Shown piece after piece: positions 17,363-27,355 of a stretch of DNA of 59,530 nucleotides. The notes beneath the pieces were generated by a model. That model saw nothing but the letters and a program-made list of their open reading frames with translations, was not told the origin of the DNA and made no database searches. Within the stretch, counting starts at the first letter, position 1, and each line of letters starts with the position of its first letter. Both the position numbers and the translations under genes were made by a program. The DNA is from a virus (lineage: Duplodnaviria; Caudoviricetes): the IMG/VR virus record IMGVR_UViG_3300017739_000010, positions 1 through 59,530 of that record; one strand, 5' to 3'.

Positions 17363-18676
17363 ATGCAAAAACTAAACAAAGATTCTAGTAGAATTTCGAT
17401 ACTCAATGGAAGTCAAATTGGTATCGAGTTTGAATTTTACTCTAACTTAGAGCTGGAGGAGACTCATAAGGCTTTATCTAAACTACTTAATCGTAAGATT
17501 AGATTAGAAGATAAAGCACATTCTGACTTTCAACCTAGTTCCGAAGTTTTCAAGATGGAACCAGATATGTCTGGCGGTAAAGGCTTGATTGAGTTAGTTA
17601 CTGGCGCAATGCCATATCGAGACGCTCGATTAGTTATTATCAAAATGTTGAATTGGATTAAAGAGAATGGTTATACAACAGACCGTGCATCAATTCACTT
17701 AAATATGTCTTTTAACCCAGACTATTTAGAAGATACAATGATGATTGCTAAAATGAATATTTTAAAATTTATTTTAGAGTTTGATGAGAAGAGGATCTAT
17801 AAGTTCTTCCCTAATAGAAAGAATTCCACTTATGCAAAATCAATTAAATGGGTTATGCCTAAGCATGAGGCTTTTTATTACAATGAAAATCTAATTAGTT
17901 CAGATAACTTTACTTTTGCTAATACTAAATACTATGGTATTAATTTTGAGAAAGCTTTGAAAAATTATTTAGAGTTTAGATATATTGGTGGTAAAGATTA
18001 TGAGAAAAGAGGGGATGATATTTTACATTTAGCAGAAATGTTTATCATGTCAGTATGGAAATCTTGTTTTAACCCTAGGTTTACTCCTGAGAATAAAATA
18101 GAGATGAAGAGGATTTTACAGAAGAATGCACCTCTTATGGAGATGTTAAAAGACCATACCGCCGTAAATAAGCATTGGCCTAAGATACATATACTGGTAG
18201 ACTTACAAGACCACCCATCTGTCGTAGAAGTACAGTGGAATAGATTTAAGACAAAAGTTTTAGATCTTTTGGCAAATGGCGGAATGGAAGAAGGCATAAT
18301 TAATTATGATTCTGACTATGGGTCGGTTCAAGTTAAAGACGGTAAATTTAAGGTAGCTTATTTGCTGGACGGATTTGAATTTGTAAATTGTGAGTTGGCA
18401 GGCAACATTGAGAATAGTGGAATTTATGGATGTAAAATCACTGGAGCTCAAGTGCTGAGATCTCAACTCTACCAAGGTACAGAAGCTATGGACTCAAAAA
18501 TTGAGTCTTCTTTTGTTCACGGAAGTTGTACCTTAAAAAATTGTTACGTTTTCGGAAGAGACGGTATTTTTAAAGGTAAAATGGAAGGAGGTATTTTTAG
18601 AGAGGGTTATGTAGGTCCACATGCAAGATTCTCTAAAGAGACCGAAGTTATTGTTAGTAAAAAAATTAAAACATAA
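17363..18676 (+). CDS. putative amidoligase (COOH-NH2 ligase) with C-terminal beta-helix-like repeats
   Basis: IGIEFEF, EPDMS, IELVT, SIHLN, KYYGIN, LEFR. Confidence 0.8.
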   Translation: MQKLNKDSSRISILNGSQIGIEFEFYSNLELEETHKALSKLLNRKIRLEDKAHSDFQPSSEVFKMEPDMSGGKGLIELVTGAMPYRDARLVIIKMLNWIKENGYTTDRASIHLNMSFNPDYLEDTMMIAKMNILKFILEFDEKRIYKFFPNRKNSTYAKSIKWVMPKHEAFYYNENLISSDNFTFANTKYYGINFEKALKNYLEFRYIGGKDYEKRGDDILHLAEMFIMSVWKSCFNPRFTPENKIEMKRILQKNAPLMEMLKDHTAVNKHWPKIHILVDLQDHPSVVEVQWNRFKTKVLDLLANGGMEEGIINYDSDYGSVQVKDGKFKVAYLLDGFEFVNCELAGNIENSGIYGCKITGAQVLRSQLYQGTEAMDSKIESSFVHGSCTLKNCYVFGRDGIFKGKMEGGIFREGYVGPHARFSKETEVIVSKKIKT

Positions 18677-18678
18677 AA

Positions 18679-19521
18679 ATGAGCGAAATTAGAAGCGGCA
18701 ATCTTAACGATTTAAGTACACCAAGAGATTTTGGTGCTAACTGCTTAAATGAGTTTCTTCAAGAATTAGGAGATGATTTAACAGGAGCTTGTATGGTTCC
18801 AGTTAATTTACCTCAAAGAGAGATTGTTAACATTATCAAAAGGGCTAAGAAATGGTTCTATAAGCAGTATGAAGACTCTGTGAAAGAGAATTACTATATA
18901 ATACCTAAATCTGTTTTTGAGTCTAATTATTTTAAAACCCATAGGGCTTTGAATTTACCAGGAGCAGGTGCTGATGGTGGAGGTGGAGTTTACTCTGTTT
19001 TTGGAGTTTATGACACTGGTAATGGGTTCAATTCTACAGGCGGAGGTCTTGATGTTAGATTTCAAAGCGGTGGAGACTTTGCTCTAGAAAAAATGTTATT
19101 TAGAGGCTTATATGAAGGCGCTGGAGCTGCCGAAGCCGCTGAAGAATTACAATACTATGTATTGAACCAATCATTGGCTGATATGTCAAGAATGATTACA
19201 GAAAATCCTATTAGTTTTAATTACACTAGATTAAATGGTGAGTTTAAAATTATGGGTGATACACCTAAAGACGATGTAGTACTTCATGTATATGAAACTA
19301 TATCCGATTGTGCACTTTATTCAGATGAAATATTTTTTAGATATTGTTCTGCTAGGATAAAACAATCTTTAGGTGCTAAGTTAGGTATTTTTAAATTCGC
19401 ATTACCAGGTAATGTAGAATTTGATTATGATGCGATAAAAGACATGGGCGACACCGAATTAGAGTCGATTATCGAAGAAATTAAGGGCGACGAAGGCGTG
19501 GATTATATGTTCCACTCATAA
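18679..19521 (+). CDS. gp13: neck protein, T4 gp13-like
   Basis: Size and position; C-terminal K..LG.KLG.F...LPGNVEFD pattern. Confidence 0.7.
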   Translation: MSEIRSGNLNDLSTPRDFGANCLNEFLQELGDDLTGACMVPVNLPQREIVNIIKRAKKWFYKQYEDSVKENYYIIPKSVFESNYFKTHRALNLPGAGADGGGGVYSVFGVYDTGNGFNSTGGGLDVRFQSGGDFALEKMLFRGLYEGAGAAEAAEELQYYVLNQSLADMSRMITENPISFNYTRLNGEFKIMGDTPKDDVVLHVYETISDCALYSDEIFFRYCSARIKQSLGAKLGIFKFALPGNVEFDYDAIKDMGDTELESIIEEIKGDEGVDYMFHS

Positions 19522-19542
19522 TTAAGCCGAATACATATATAA

Positions 19543-19899
19543 ATGGATTTTTACATTAAATATATAGGTGACCCGAATTACAACGCGACACAACTACAAA
19601 ACAACGGTGAGATTGAGCAATTAATTACTCAAATCGAAACTATTCTATTCACTAGAAAAACTGATGTTTTAGGTTCTGCTCAATTTGGTTGTAATTTAGA
19701 AGACTTGGTATACTCTTTGAATCAAAATGAGTATAATATCAAGCAAGAAATCAACAATCAGATTAACTCTTATTGTCCGCTTGCTACTAAATATCAAGTT
19801 GCCACCGATGTAAAATTCTTCAAAGGTGAAGTTAGAGATATTGCATATATTGATATTACCATTGATAGTAAGTATTTAGTACAAATAAACCTTAGATAA
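19543..19899 (+). CDS. gp25: baseplate wedge gp25/GpW-like protein
   Basis: ILFTRKTDVLG..FGCNLEDLV; located before gp6. Confidence 0.8.
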   Translation: MDFYIKYIGDPNYNATQLQNNGEIEQLITQIETILFTRKTDVLGSAQFGCNLEDLVYSLNQNEYNIKQEINNQINSYCPLATKYQVATDVKFFKGEVRDIAYIDITIDSKYLVQINLR

Positions 19900-19903
19900 A
19901 AGA

Positions 19904-19912
19904 GATAAATAA
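19904..19912 (+). promoter_or_regulatory. late-promoter-like GATAAATAA starting 12 nt before ATG
   Basis: Same context as 10033. Confidence 0.55.
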
Positions 19913-19915
19913 TAC

Positions 19916-21745
19916 ATGGCAGAGTTAAAATTTTTAGAGACGGTAAGAGTTAGTGCAGATCAAATCAAAGCTGACACGAGAACTTTTATTAGTAGAGTTT
20001 ACAAAAGAGCTAACACTCTTTTTACTGAAGCAAGTCCTTTTGCTCAGATTATTTCTGTATTCTCAGAGCTGTATGAGCTCATTATGTTCTATATAGAGGA
20101 TGCTGTAGTAGAACAAAACATTTACACTGCTCAACAAGCAGAGTCTATATATGGTATGTCAAGATTGACTGGCCATGATGCAACCAGAGGTTTTGCTGCA
20201 ACAGGGGAGATAGAATTTAGATGGAAGCCAGGTGCAGACCTTAGTGTAATCGCTGGAACAGGATTAAATATAGATCCAAGAGCAGAGTTAGTATGTGAAC
20301 TTAACAGTATGACATATACATTATTATCCTCTAAAGATAGATTTAGATTAGAGAAATCTAATATGACTAAAATAACTGCTGCTGTTATTCAAGGTAAATA
20401 TGAAAGACAAACTTTAACAGGTACAGGAGAAAAGCTTCAGTCTTTTAATGTACAAACAAAGAAATTATCAGATCACTCTAAAGTTAGTGTTTCTGTAAAT
20501 GGTGAAAAATGGACAAAACATAATTCACTTTATGATTTATTAAATAACGAGAAAGGTTATCTATGTAAAACTGGTATTTCCGGAGGAATTGATGTTTATT
20601 TCGGTAATGGTGCTTTCGGTGCTATTCCAGCTTTAGGTTCTACTATTGAAGTAGAATATGTAAACCATGATGGTTTTATGGGTAACATAGATGATGGTAG
20701 AGATATTACTTTTAAATGGCAAGCAGAAGGAACTGATTCCTTAGGAGGTGAACATGACTTAAATGAATTTTTAGATGTTACATGTACTTCATCTCCAAAA
20801 ATGGGTGCTGATAGAGAGTCAACAGACTTTACAAAAATTATGACCCCTCTAGCTTCAAAATCTTTTGTTTTAGCAACTCCAGATAATTATGAGTATTTCC
20901 TATCTAGATATGGATTATTCTCGTATATAGATGCTTACAATACAACATCGGACGAGTATTTAGATGATGATAATGTTATCTATATTTTTGCAGTTCCAGA
21001 TGTAAAAAAGAAATTAGCTTCAGGTCAAGATTACTTTTCAATTCCGGAGAATGAAATGTTCTTCGACCAGAATGAATATGATAAAATGTCACAAGTGATT
21101 CAAGATAGTGGCCAACAAATGGTTACAACTGAAGTTGTGTTTGTAAAACCACAAGTTAGAAAATACAGTATGGATATTAACATAAGGTATTTTGAAGGTT
21201 TTAGTAAAGAAGAGATTTTTAATGATGTCAGATCTGCAGTAAGTGATTACATGTTAAATGTAACAAGAAGAGACAAACTGCCTAAATCCGATATTGTCTA
21301 TATTCTAGAAGAAATAGAAGGTATTGATGCTGTTAATGTCAGATTCATTTCAGAAACTGAAGAAACAGCTAGAAGACTTGGTTACTATGAGTCTGTTACA
21401 ACAACAGTTCAACCACAGGAGCCAGTAGTCTTAGAAGATATAGGTAACGGTAAACAAAAATACATCTTTTTCAAAAAAGTAGAAGAAGTTAAAGTCGTTG
21501 ACGTTGACGCTTCTACTGTGATACCGTACACCGTAGCTGGTTTAGACGAGTGGGGTGATATAATCATGGAAAAAGAAGAAGTTGCAGTCTTTAGGGGCGG
21601 ATGGCAAGATCGTGATGGTGACGAGATTGTTGATAAAGCTCTAATTAATGCTGAAGCAGCATTATCTGTAAACTTTGACCCAACGCCGGTTACTAGGACT
21701 ATTTATACTAGAGTACAGGCTGGAAATAGAAAAGCCTTAAAATAA
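19916..21745 (+). CDS. gp6: baseplate wedge protein gp6 / baseplate J-like
   Basis: VYFGNG.FG.IP..G..I.VEY, GADRES, TPDNY, IEGIDAV. Confidence 0.85.
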   Translation: MAELKFLETVRVSADQIKADTRTFISRVYKRANTLFTEASPFAQIISVFSELYELIMFYIEDAVVEQNIYTAQQAESIYGMSRLTGHDATRGFAATGEIEFRWKPGADLSVIAGTGLNIDPRAELVCELNSMTYTLLSSKDRFRLEKSNMTKITAAVIQGKYERQTLTGTGEKLQSFNVQTKKLSDHSKVSVSVNGEKWTKHNSLYDLLNNEKGYLCKTGISGGIDVYFGNGAFGAIPALGSTIEVEYVNHDGFMGNIDDGRDITFKWQAEGTDSLGGEHDLNEFLDVTCTSSPKMGADRESTDFTKIMTPLASKSFVLATPDNYEYFLSRYGLFSYIDAYNTTSDEYLDDDNVIYIFAVPDVKKKLASGQDYFSIPENEMFFDQNEYDKMSQVIQDSGQQMVTTEVVFVKPQVRKYSMDINIRYFEGFSKEEIFNDVRSAVSDYMLNVTRRDKLPKSDIVYILEEIEGIDAVNVRFISETEETARRLGYYESVTTTVQPQEPVVLEDIGNGKQKYIFFKKVEEVKVVDVDASTVIPYTVAGLDEWGDIIMEKEEVAVFRGGWQDRDGDEIVDKALINAEAALSVNFDPTPVTRTIYTRVQAGNRKALK

Positions 21746-22017
21746 TGTCGTTGTATAAAGATTTATTAGCATATAAAAGACAGAGCCTTTACAAGGCTGC
21801 TAAAACTAGAAAAGACGCTAGGTTAAACGTTGGTGCAGACTATCAAGATATAGGATTGCTTCAAAGAATGTTATCAAGACATATTCAAAGAAATCAAACT
21901 CTTAGTGAGTTTATCAATTTTCTAAATGATTATCTTTTAAATATACTAAAGGGTAATAGATTTCTAAGAGGTTACAAGAATTATACTGTGAAAAAAGACG
22001 ACAAGTACATTAGATAA
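21745..22017 (+). CDS. hypothetical structural protein
   Basis: Coupled ORF in the baseplate operon. Confidence 0.7.
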   Translation: MSLYKDLLAYKRQSLYKAAKTRKDARLNVGADYQDIGLLQRMLSRHIQRNQTLSEFINFLNDYLLNILKGNRFLRGYKNYTVKKDDKYIR

Positions 22018-22019
22018 TT

Positions 22020-24815
22020 ATGTGGAGTAATTTAAGATTTTTTAACGGGACTACAAGTGAAATACAATTAGAAGTAGTAGATGGTATCTGGCAAGGTTCT
22101 ATCTATTTACCTGTTGTGTCTACTCAGTTGTACGAGACAGTTAATCTTTTTATTTTAGAAGAAGGCTTAGATGAGGATGGTAATTCTATTATCAATACCC
22201 CAGTTTCTCCTGATGGAACCATAACACAGTTTGATTTTAAATGGGAACCTACTAAGGTCGACCAATCTGAGGATATAATTATGTATGGCTACACTTTAAG
22301 TGGTGGCAAGCCTATTATTAAAGAATTAAAAACTCAAAGCAAAGATTTAGATCCTTTCTCAAATATAGTAAGTCAAGATTCAAATTGGCTTAAAACACTA
22401 AGCGTTAATAATAATGTTGCAATTCAAGTTAACATTGCACTTAACTCTACAAGAGAAGGTATACATAAAAGAGTTTTAGAAATTAAAGCGGGTACTAGTG
22501 TAATTGCTAGGATTCAAGTTTATGGTGAGGTAGAAGGTGAAGATGAAAGGCTAAAAGTTTTACTAGCTAATTTAGGTAATTCTCTACAGGATTCAGACTT
22601 TTTACTTTTCAAATCTCATGATATTTCTGAACAAGCTCCTAACCAAGTTTTAATGAATCAAAAGAGAAAAGAGCTCTTGTTAGAATTACATAACATTAAG
22701 CCTTTTGTTGGTACATATAAAGCTATCTTAAATGCGATAGATTACTTTGGGTATGATAAAATTACGTTAAAAGAATATTGGATAAACGTAGATAAATCAG
22801 AGAATAACTTTGGTAAACTACATGCTATTCCAGTTCCTAACTCATCCGTAAGAGGTGAGATGACTAGAAAGAGATTAAAGTTCAAAGTACCTTCTTCAAC
22901 TATGAAGAAAACTAGTAGATTTTCTCTAGTCTATAGATTAAATGAAACTAACGGTACTTTTGACCAATGGGATATTCCAAACGTAGATGAAGTATTTGAT
23001 TACACTCCTGATGAAGTTATTATCAAATTATATGGTTTAAAAAATAGACTACAAAAAGATTATCTACCACTTGAGGCTAAGATTATAGATATTACTGGAG
23101 AAGGTGATTACTTTACTCAAAGAAATTTAAACATTTGGAAAGTACAAAACCCAATCGGTTTCTTTACTGAAGGACATAAAATTAAATATGAGGTTTATCC
23201 AAATGACAGAGATCTTTTTATTGAAGATACTTCAAATGTTTTAAAAACTAATTTAGCACAAGATTTCTATCAAACTGCTGCTAACGAGCAGGCAATTGCT
23301 CCTACTAATAATTACGAAAACTTCTTAAACCTTAAACCAGGTGAAGAAGGTAATTTAACAGTAGCCCAAAGAACAGAAATGAAGAATATCTTTAGAAACT
23401 TCTATGCAACATACCATGATAGGAATTTACATTCATATAACGAAAATATTCCGATTGGATGTCCAGTTATTTTAGATGGTGTGCCTTCTTTTGATGATGT
23501 GTGGGATGAAGCTAATTTTGTTTGGGACGATGCTGTCGATGCAAATCAAAATCTAAAAGTAACTTGGGATAACTGGTGGAAGAAGTGGGTTTATGAGATT
23601 GAATGGCTTATTGACGGACCGAATGGTTTACACCAAGAATATAGAGGTGGTATTGATGACTATAAGCAATTAGCTCTTAATTTACCTTATATAGGTTCAT
23701 ATACAGTAGAGATGAGAACATACGACTTGTTTGGTCACATGTCTTTCTACAAAACAGAAGATTTATTTGAAGTTAAATTAAAAGACTTAGAACTCTATGG
23801 TATCTATAAATGGTTAGATACAGATCAAAATGGAGTTGGAGCCACTTGGGATTCTAAGAAAATAGAATGGAATAAGACTGGCGGCTACTGGAATTTTGCT
23901 CAAGATAATGAGACTAAAGTTGAAGATAATATTGCAACTTTATATTTAACTCTAGACAGAGCAAACTATACCCACATGGAAGATGACCAAGGTGTTAGAT
24001 TCTCAACGGTTAGGAGATACCAAGATCCTTACTCAGATACTGGTTATTCTGAGACAACAGGACCTTACCAATGGGAAGAGTCTACGTTTAGATGGAAAGA
24101 CACTGAACATTTATGGTGGGATTCAATGAGAGTTGGTCCGGATTTGGCAGCTTCTTTTAAAATCGACTGGATTGAATTTGGAGATACTTTAAGAATTGTA
24201 CACACAGATCCATCAACAAACATAACTTCATTTGGTGAACACACAATTACTACACAAACACCTGTTAATGCTGGTGATTATGCTGGTTGGACTGCTGTAA
24301 TAGCGGATCTTGAGACTAGTACAGATCCTATCATAAATAAATTTAATTTTAATGGTGTTTTTGAAGATGTAAATAACGATAATGATGTGATTGACCCAAC
24401 AGATAAATTTTTACATATTTTATGTGTGGGACAAGAATATTCAAAAACTTATGACTTTGATTCGGTTGAGATAATTAAGGCTACAAACGCCTCTAATGCT
24501 CAAATAAGCGGTCAAGTTAACGTAAAACATTACAACCCAACGTGGGATGACACGAAGGTGTTTAAAAACCACGCTACAGTAGATAGATCTACTCACGTAA
24601 CTATATCAACAGATATTTCTAAGTTTCCTGGTGCTAAAAATCCTAAATGGACAATAACCAATATAAGTAACCCAGAAATAACTGATATATACTATAATAA
24701 TATGTGGCTGACGTACATTTTCAAGGAGCCTGGAGATTACTCTATTCAACTTGAAGCGGAAGATACATATAACAACAAAAACGTCATAAGACGTAACATG
24801 ATAAAAGTAAAATAA
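22020..24815 (+). CDS. baseplate wedge (gp7-like) protein with Trp repeats and PKD-like domains
   Basis: GTYKAI...FG motif following gp6; Y.F..PG.Y...L PKD pattern. Confidence 0.55.
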   Translation: MWSNLRFFNGTTSEIQLEVVDGIWQGSIYLPVVSTQLYETVNLFILEEGLDEDGNSIINTPVSPDGTITQFDFKWEPTKVDQSEDIIMYGYTLSGGKPIIKELKTQSKDLDPFSNIVSQDSNWLKTLSVNNNVAIQVNIALNSTREGIHKRVLEIKAGTSVIARIQVYGEVEGEDERLKVLLANLGNSLQDSDFLLFKSHDISEQAPNQVLMNQKRKELLLELHNIKPFVGTYKAILNAIDYFGYDKITLKEYWINVDKSENNFGKLHAIPVPNSSVRGEMTRKRLKFKVPSSTMKKTSRFSLVYRLNETNGTFDQWDIPNVDEVFDYTPDEVIIKLYGLKNRLQKDYLPLEAKIIDITGEGDYFTQRNLNIWKVQNPIGFFTEGHKIKYEVYPNDRDLFIEDTSNVLKTNLAQDFYQTAANEQAIAPTNNYENFLNLKPGEEGNLTVAQRTEMKNIFRNFYATYHDRNLHSYNENIPIGCPVILDGVPSFDDVWDEANFVWDDAVDANQNLKVTWDNWWKKWVYEIEWLIDGPNGLHQEYRGGIDDYKQLALNLPYIGSYTVEMRTYDLFGHMSFYKTEDLFEVKLKDLELYGIYKWLDTDQNGVGATWDSKKIEWNKTGGYWNFAQDNETKVEDNIATLYLTLDRANYTHMEDDQGVRFSTVRRYQDPYSDTGYSETTGPYQWEESTFRWKDTEHLWWDSMRVGPDLAASFKIDWIEFGDTLRIVHTDPSTNITSFGEHTITTQTPVNAGDYAGWTAVIADLETSTDPIINKFNFNGVFEDVNNDNDVIDPTDKFLHILCVGQEYSKTYDFDSVEIIKATNASNAQISGQVNVKHYNPTWDDTKVFKNHATVDRSTHVTISTDISKFPGAKNPKWTITNISNPEITDIYYNNMWLTYIFKEPGDYSIQLEAEDTYNNKNVIRRNMIKVK

Positions 24816-24821
24816 ACTAAA

Positions 24822-25385
24822 ATGGCAAACATTACAGAAATTTTAGGTACCGACTCGGTATCGTCTTCAAGACCAACTATTAACAGTAACTTTGAGTTGT
24901 TAAACGACGAGTTAGCTTCTGTAATTGCTCTGTTAAACCCTACTACTTCGGTATTAAGTGGATTAACTAGTGCAACTACAAGTGCATTAACAGTTAATGA
25001 TGGTACGAATCTTTTAGTTGCAAATTCATCAGGTTTAACAGTTAGCACCGCTTCTGCGTTTGCTGGTAACGTTGCATTTGGTGGAAGAATTGCTAAGTCC
25101 GGTGTTGTTGGAACTGCTTCAGCTCCTGCAGCTAACTTAGCTCCTTCTGAGATAACTAAAGGTTCTTACTTTATTAATGCTGCATTTACAATCCCAACTG
25201 CGGTTGATGGAACAGAGGTTACTTTGATTAATGTCGGAGGTGCTAGTTCAGCGGTTACTGCTGGAACAAGTGCTTCTCTAGGTGCTACTTCAATAGCATT
25301 AGATGGCACTAACTCAACTTTAACATTAAGATGTTTTGAAAACAAATGGTATATTATTAGCGCATACGCTTGTACTATATCGTAA
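24822..25385 (+). CDS. short fibre / baseplate protein
   Basis: N-terminal DS....R..INSNF trimer-attachment-type motif; Ser/Thr/Ala-rich. Confidence 0.55.
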   Translation: MANITEILGTDSVSSSRPTINSNFELLNDELASVIALLNPTTSVLSGLTSATTSALTVNDGTNLLVANSSGLTVSTASAFAGNVAFGGRIAKSGVVGTASAPAANLAPSEITKGSYFINAAFTIPTAVDGTEVTLINVGGASSAVTAGTSASLGATSIALDGTNSTLTLRCFENKWYIISAYACTIS

Positions 25386-25413
25386 ATTAACGAATTAAAC
25401 TGAAACCTAATAG

Positions 25414-27354
25414 ATGGCAACTCCTTTAGTTAGAATACCACAGCCACAAGGTGGCACGATGTATGCTTTTGCATCTTCAGCAAGAGATATGACTAGGGCG
25501 TTTAACAGTTCTGATTTGAATTTCGAGTTTAGTAAATTCGCTTTACTAGACTTACCGGATTTCACAGATTCTGTAAACGGCTCTAATACTATTGACTTTG
25601 AGCTGAACTTAAAGCAAGCGTCGGGACAAGCTTATGTAGCTGGACAACCTAATGTAGATTGGGCACAAACATTCCAGAACTATGCTTTAAATATGGAAGA
25701 GATTCTACTTAAGGATGATGACTATGACCCAATTATTTTAGCGTCAGACGCTGAAAAGATTTTCTTTAAGTGGATGTCTGCTTTGGGCGCAATCGGCTTT
25801 AGACCTACAGATTCTAACGAATCTACTACAGGCGCTTATTCTGAGAATGACAACGCAAGTCTAGGAGGTTCGAACTACGATAAAGTAGTCAAGTATTTAG
25901 GTACTATTGATGCAGAGAATGATGTGGCTTACCAAGGTAACACATATCACGAAGTCTACATTAACGTACCAACGTCTGTTGGAAATACTCCGTTGGTTTT
26001 ATTTAAGCCGACTGACTATAATACATCAGCTACTAAATTATTCCCAACAGACAGCGAAGCTGCTAACGTTGAGGGTAGAGAGGGTCAAACACACCCTGAT
26101 CCAAATATCAATCTTTCTCCGGTTGTAGATAACTGGACGCAAAGCCAAGGAGCTTTCTATGATATTGCAACAAATGCTACAGATTCTGTAGGTATCGACT
26201 TTGATACAGCTTCTTATGCAGGAATTCAAAATAACCCCGATGTAAGATCTTTACTAGATTTTGCTAAGACTGGACAACAATTTAGATTTAATGCCGTTTT
26301 AGTTTACTATGATTTATATAGCCAGTCAGTTCCAGCAAACAGATCTACCAATCTATATGGTATCTTAATATTGGATGATATTCTAGATGCTTATGGGCCT
26401 GGTACAAAAATACATGAACAAATTAAATTTAAGCCTAATGAAGTTACTGGTCTAAATGGTAATGCTTATTCATTAAAGTTAAATCTTAAATTTAATTCAT
26501 CTCTAGATAATGTAGGTGTTGAGACAAGTGTAAATGACTTTACTACTTTCTCGATGGACTTATTTATGGATACGACTACAGCTTTAGAAAATGCGACTGA
26601 TTTATTATTACAAACTAATAACAGATATTCTAAAGTTACAGATAGATTAGATAGTCTAGAGAATATAATTCTAGGTACTGCTAAAGCTGCAGAACTAGAA
26701 GCTAGAATAAAAGAAGTTGAAGATGACTTTACAGCATCTTCTTTACAATTACAAGATTCTAATGCTTTATTAGACCTTGTAAATAATGCACATGCTAAAA
26801 TCAACCAGTTGATTGATGGTACAATACCTGTTGAATTACAATATAACACTGATGTAATTTTTGCGGGTAAAGGAACAACAGTAGATAAATCAGTGGCTGG
26901 TAAAATTAAAGTGAATAACAGTGTTAATGGTTATATGGTTGCAGATGTATTTAGATGGGACATCGCTTCTAAGAGTGTGGTTAGTCAATTGACTACAAGT
27001 AACCTATTTGACCCAACCTCAGCTAATCAGTATGGTGTTTGGTCTAAGTTAGTTCCTTTCTCAAATAGATTAAGCTTAAAGAATATTACAAACTCTGGGT
27101 CATTCAATGGAGACTTAAATATATACATTGATGATTCTACTAATGGATGGTCCAACGGCCAGATATTCAGGGTTGCATTAGACAATATAGACATTAACGG
27201 AAATAATATAAAAATTTGGACGAGTACTTCTACAGGTTTCGATCAAGCAGTTGCCAGCATCGCTCCAGCGCAGTTGATTACGTCAACTCCATATATTGAA
27301 GTAGTATGTATGGACGCGTCCAATTACGTATTTGAAGCAGATATTTTAAGATAA
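25414..27354 (+). CDS. virion structural protein with central coiled coil
   Basis: Operon context; heptad region. Confidence 0.55.
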   Translation: MATPLVRIPQPQGGTMYAFASSARDMTRAFNSSDLNFEFSKFALLDLPDFTDSVNGSNTIDFELNLKQASGQAYVAGQPNVDWAQTFQNYALNMEEILLKDDDYDPIILASDAEKIFFKWMSALGAIGFRPTDSNESTTGAYSENDNASLGGSNYDKVVKYLGTIDAENDVAYQGNTYHEVYINVPTSVGNTPLVLFKPTDYNTSATKLFPTDSEAANVEGREGQTHPDPNINLSPVVDNWTQSQGAFYDIATNATDSVGIDFDTASYAGIQNNPDVRSLLDFAKTGQQFRFNAVLVYYDLYSQSVPANRSTNLYGILILDDILDAYGPGTKIHEQIKFKPNEVTGLNGNAYSLKLNLKFNSSLDNVGVETSVNDFTTFSMDLFMDTTTALENATDLLLQTNNRYSKVTDRLDSLENIILGTAKAAELEARIKEVEDDFTASSLQLQDSNALLDLVNNAHAKINQLIDGTIPVELQYNTDVIFAGKGTTVDKSVAGKIKVNNSVNGYMVADVFRWDIASKSVVSQLTTSNLFDPTSANQYGVWSKLVPFSNRLSLKNITNSGSFNGDLNIYIDDSTNGWSNGQIFRVALDNIDINGNNIKIWTSTSTGFDQAVASIAPAQLITSTPYIEVVCMDASNYVFEADILR

Positions 27355-27355
27355 T

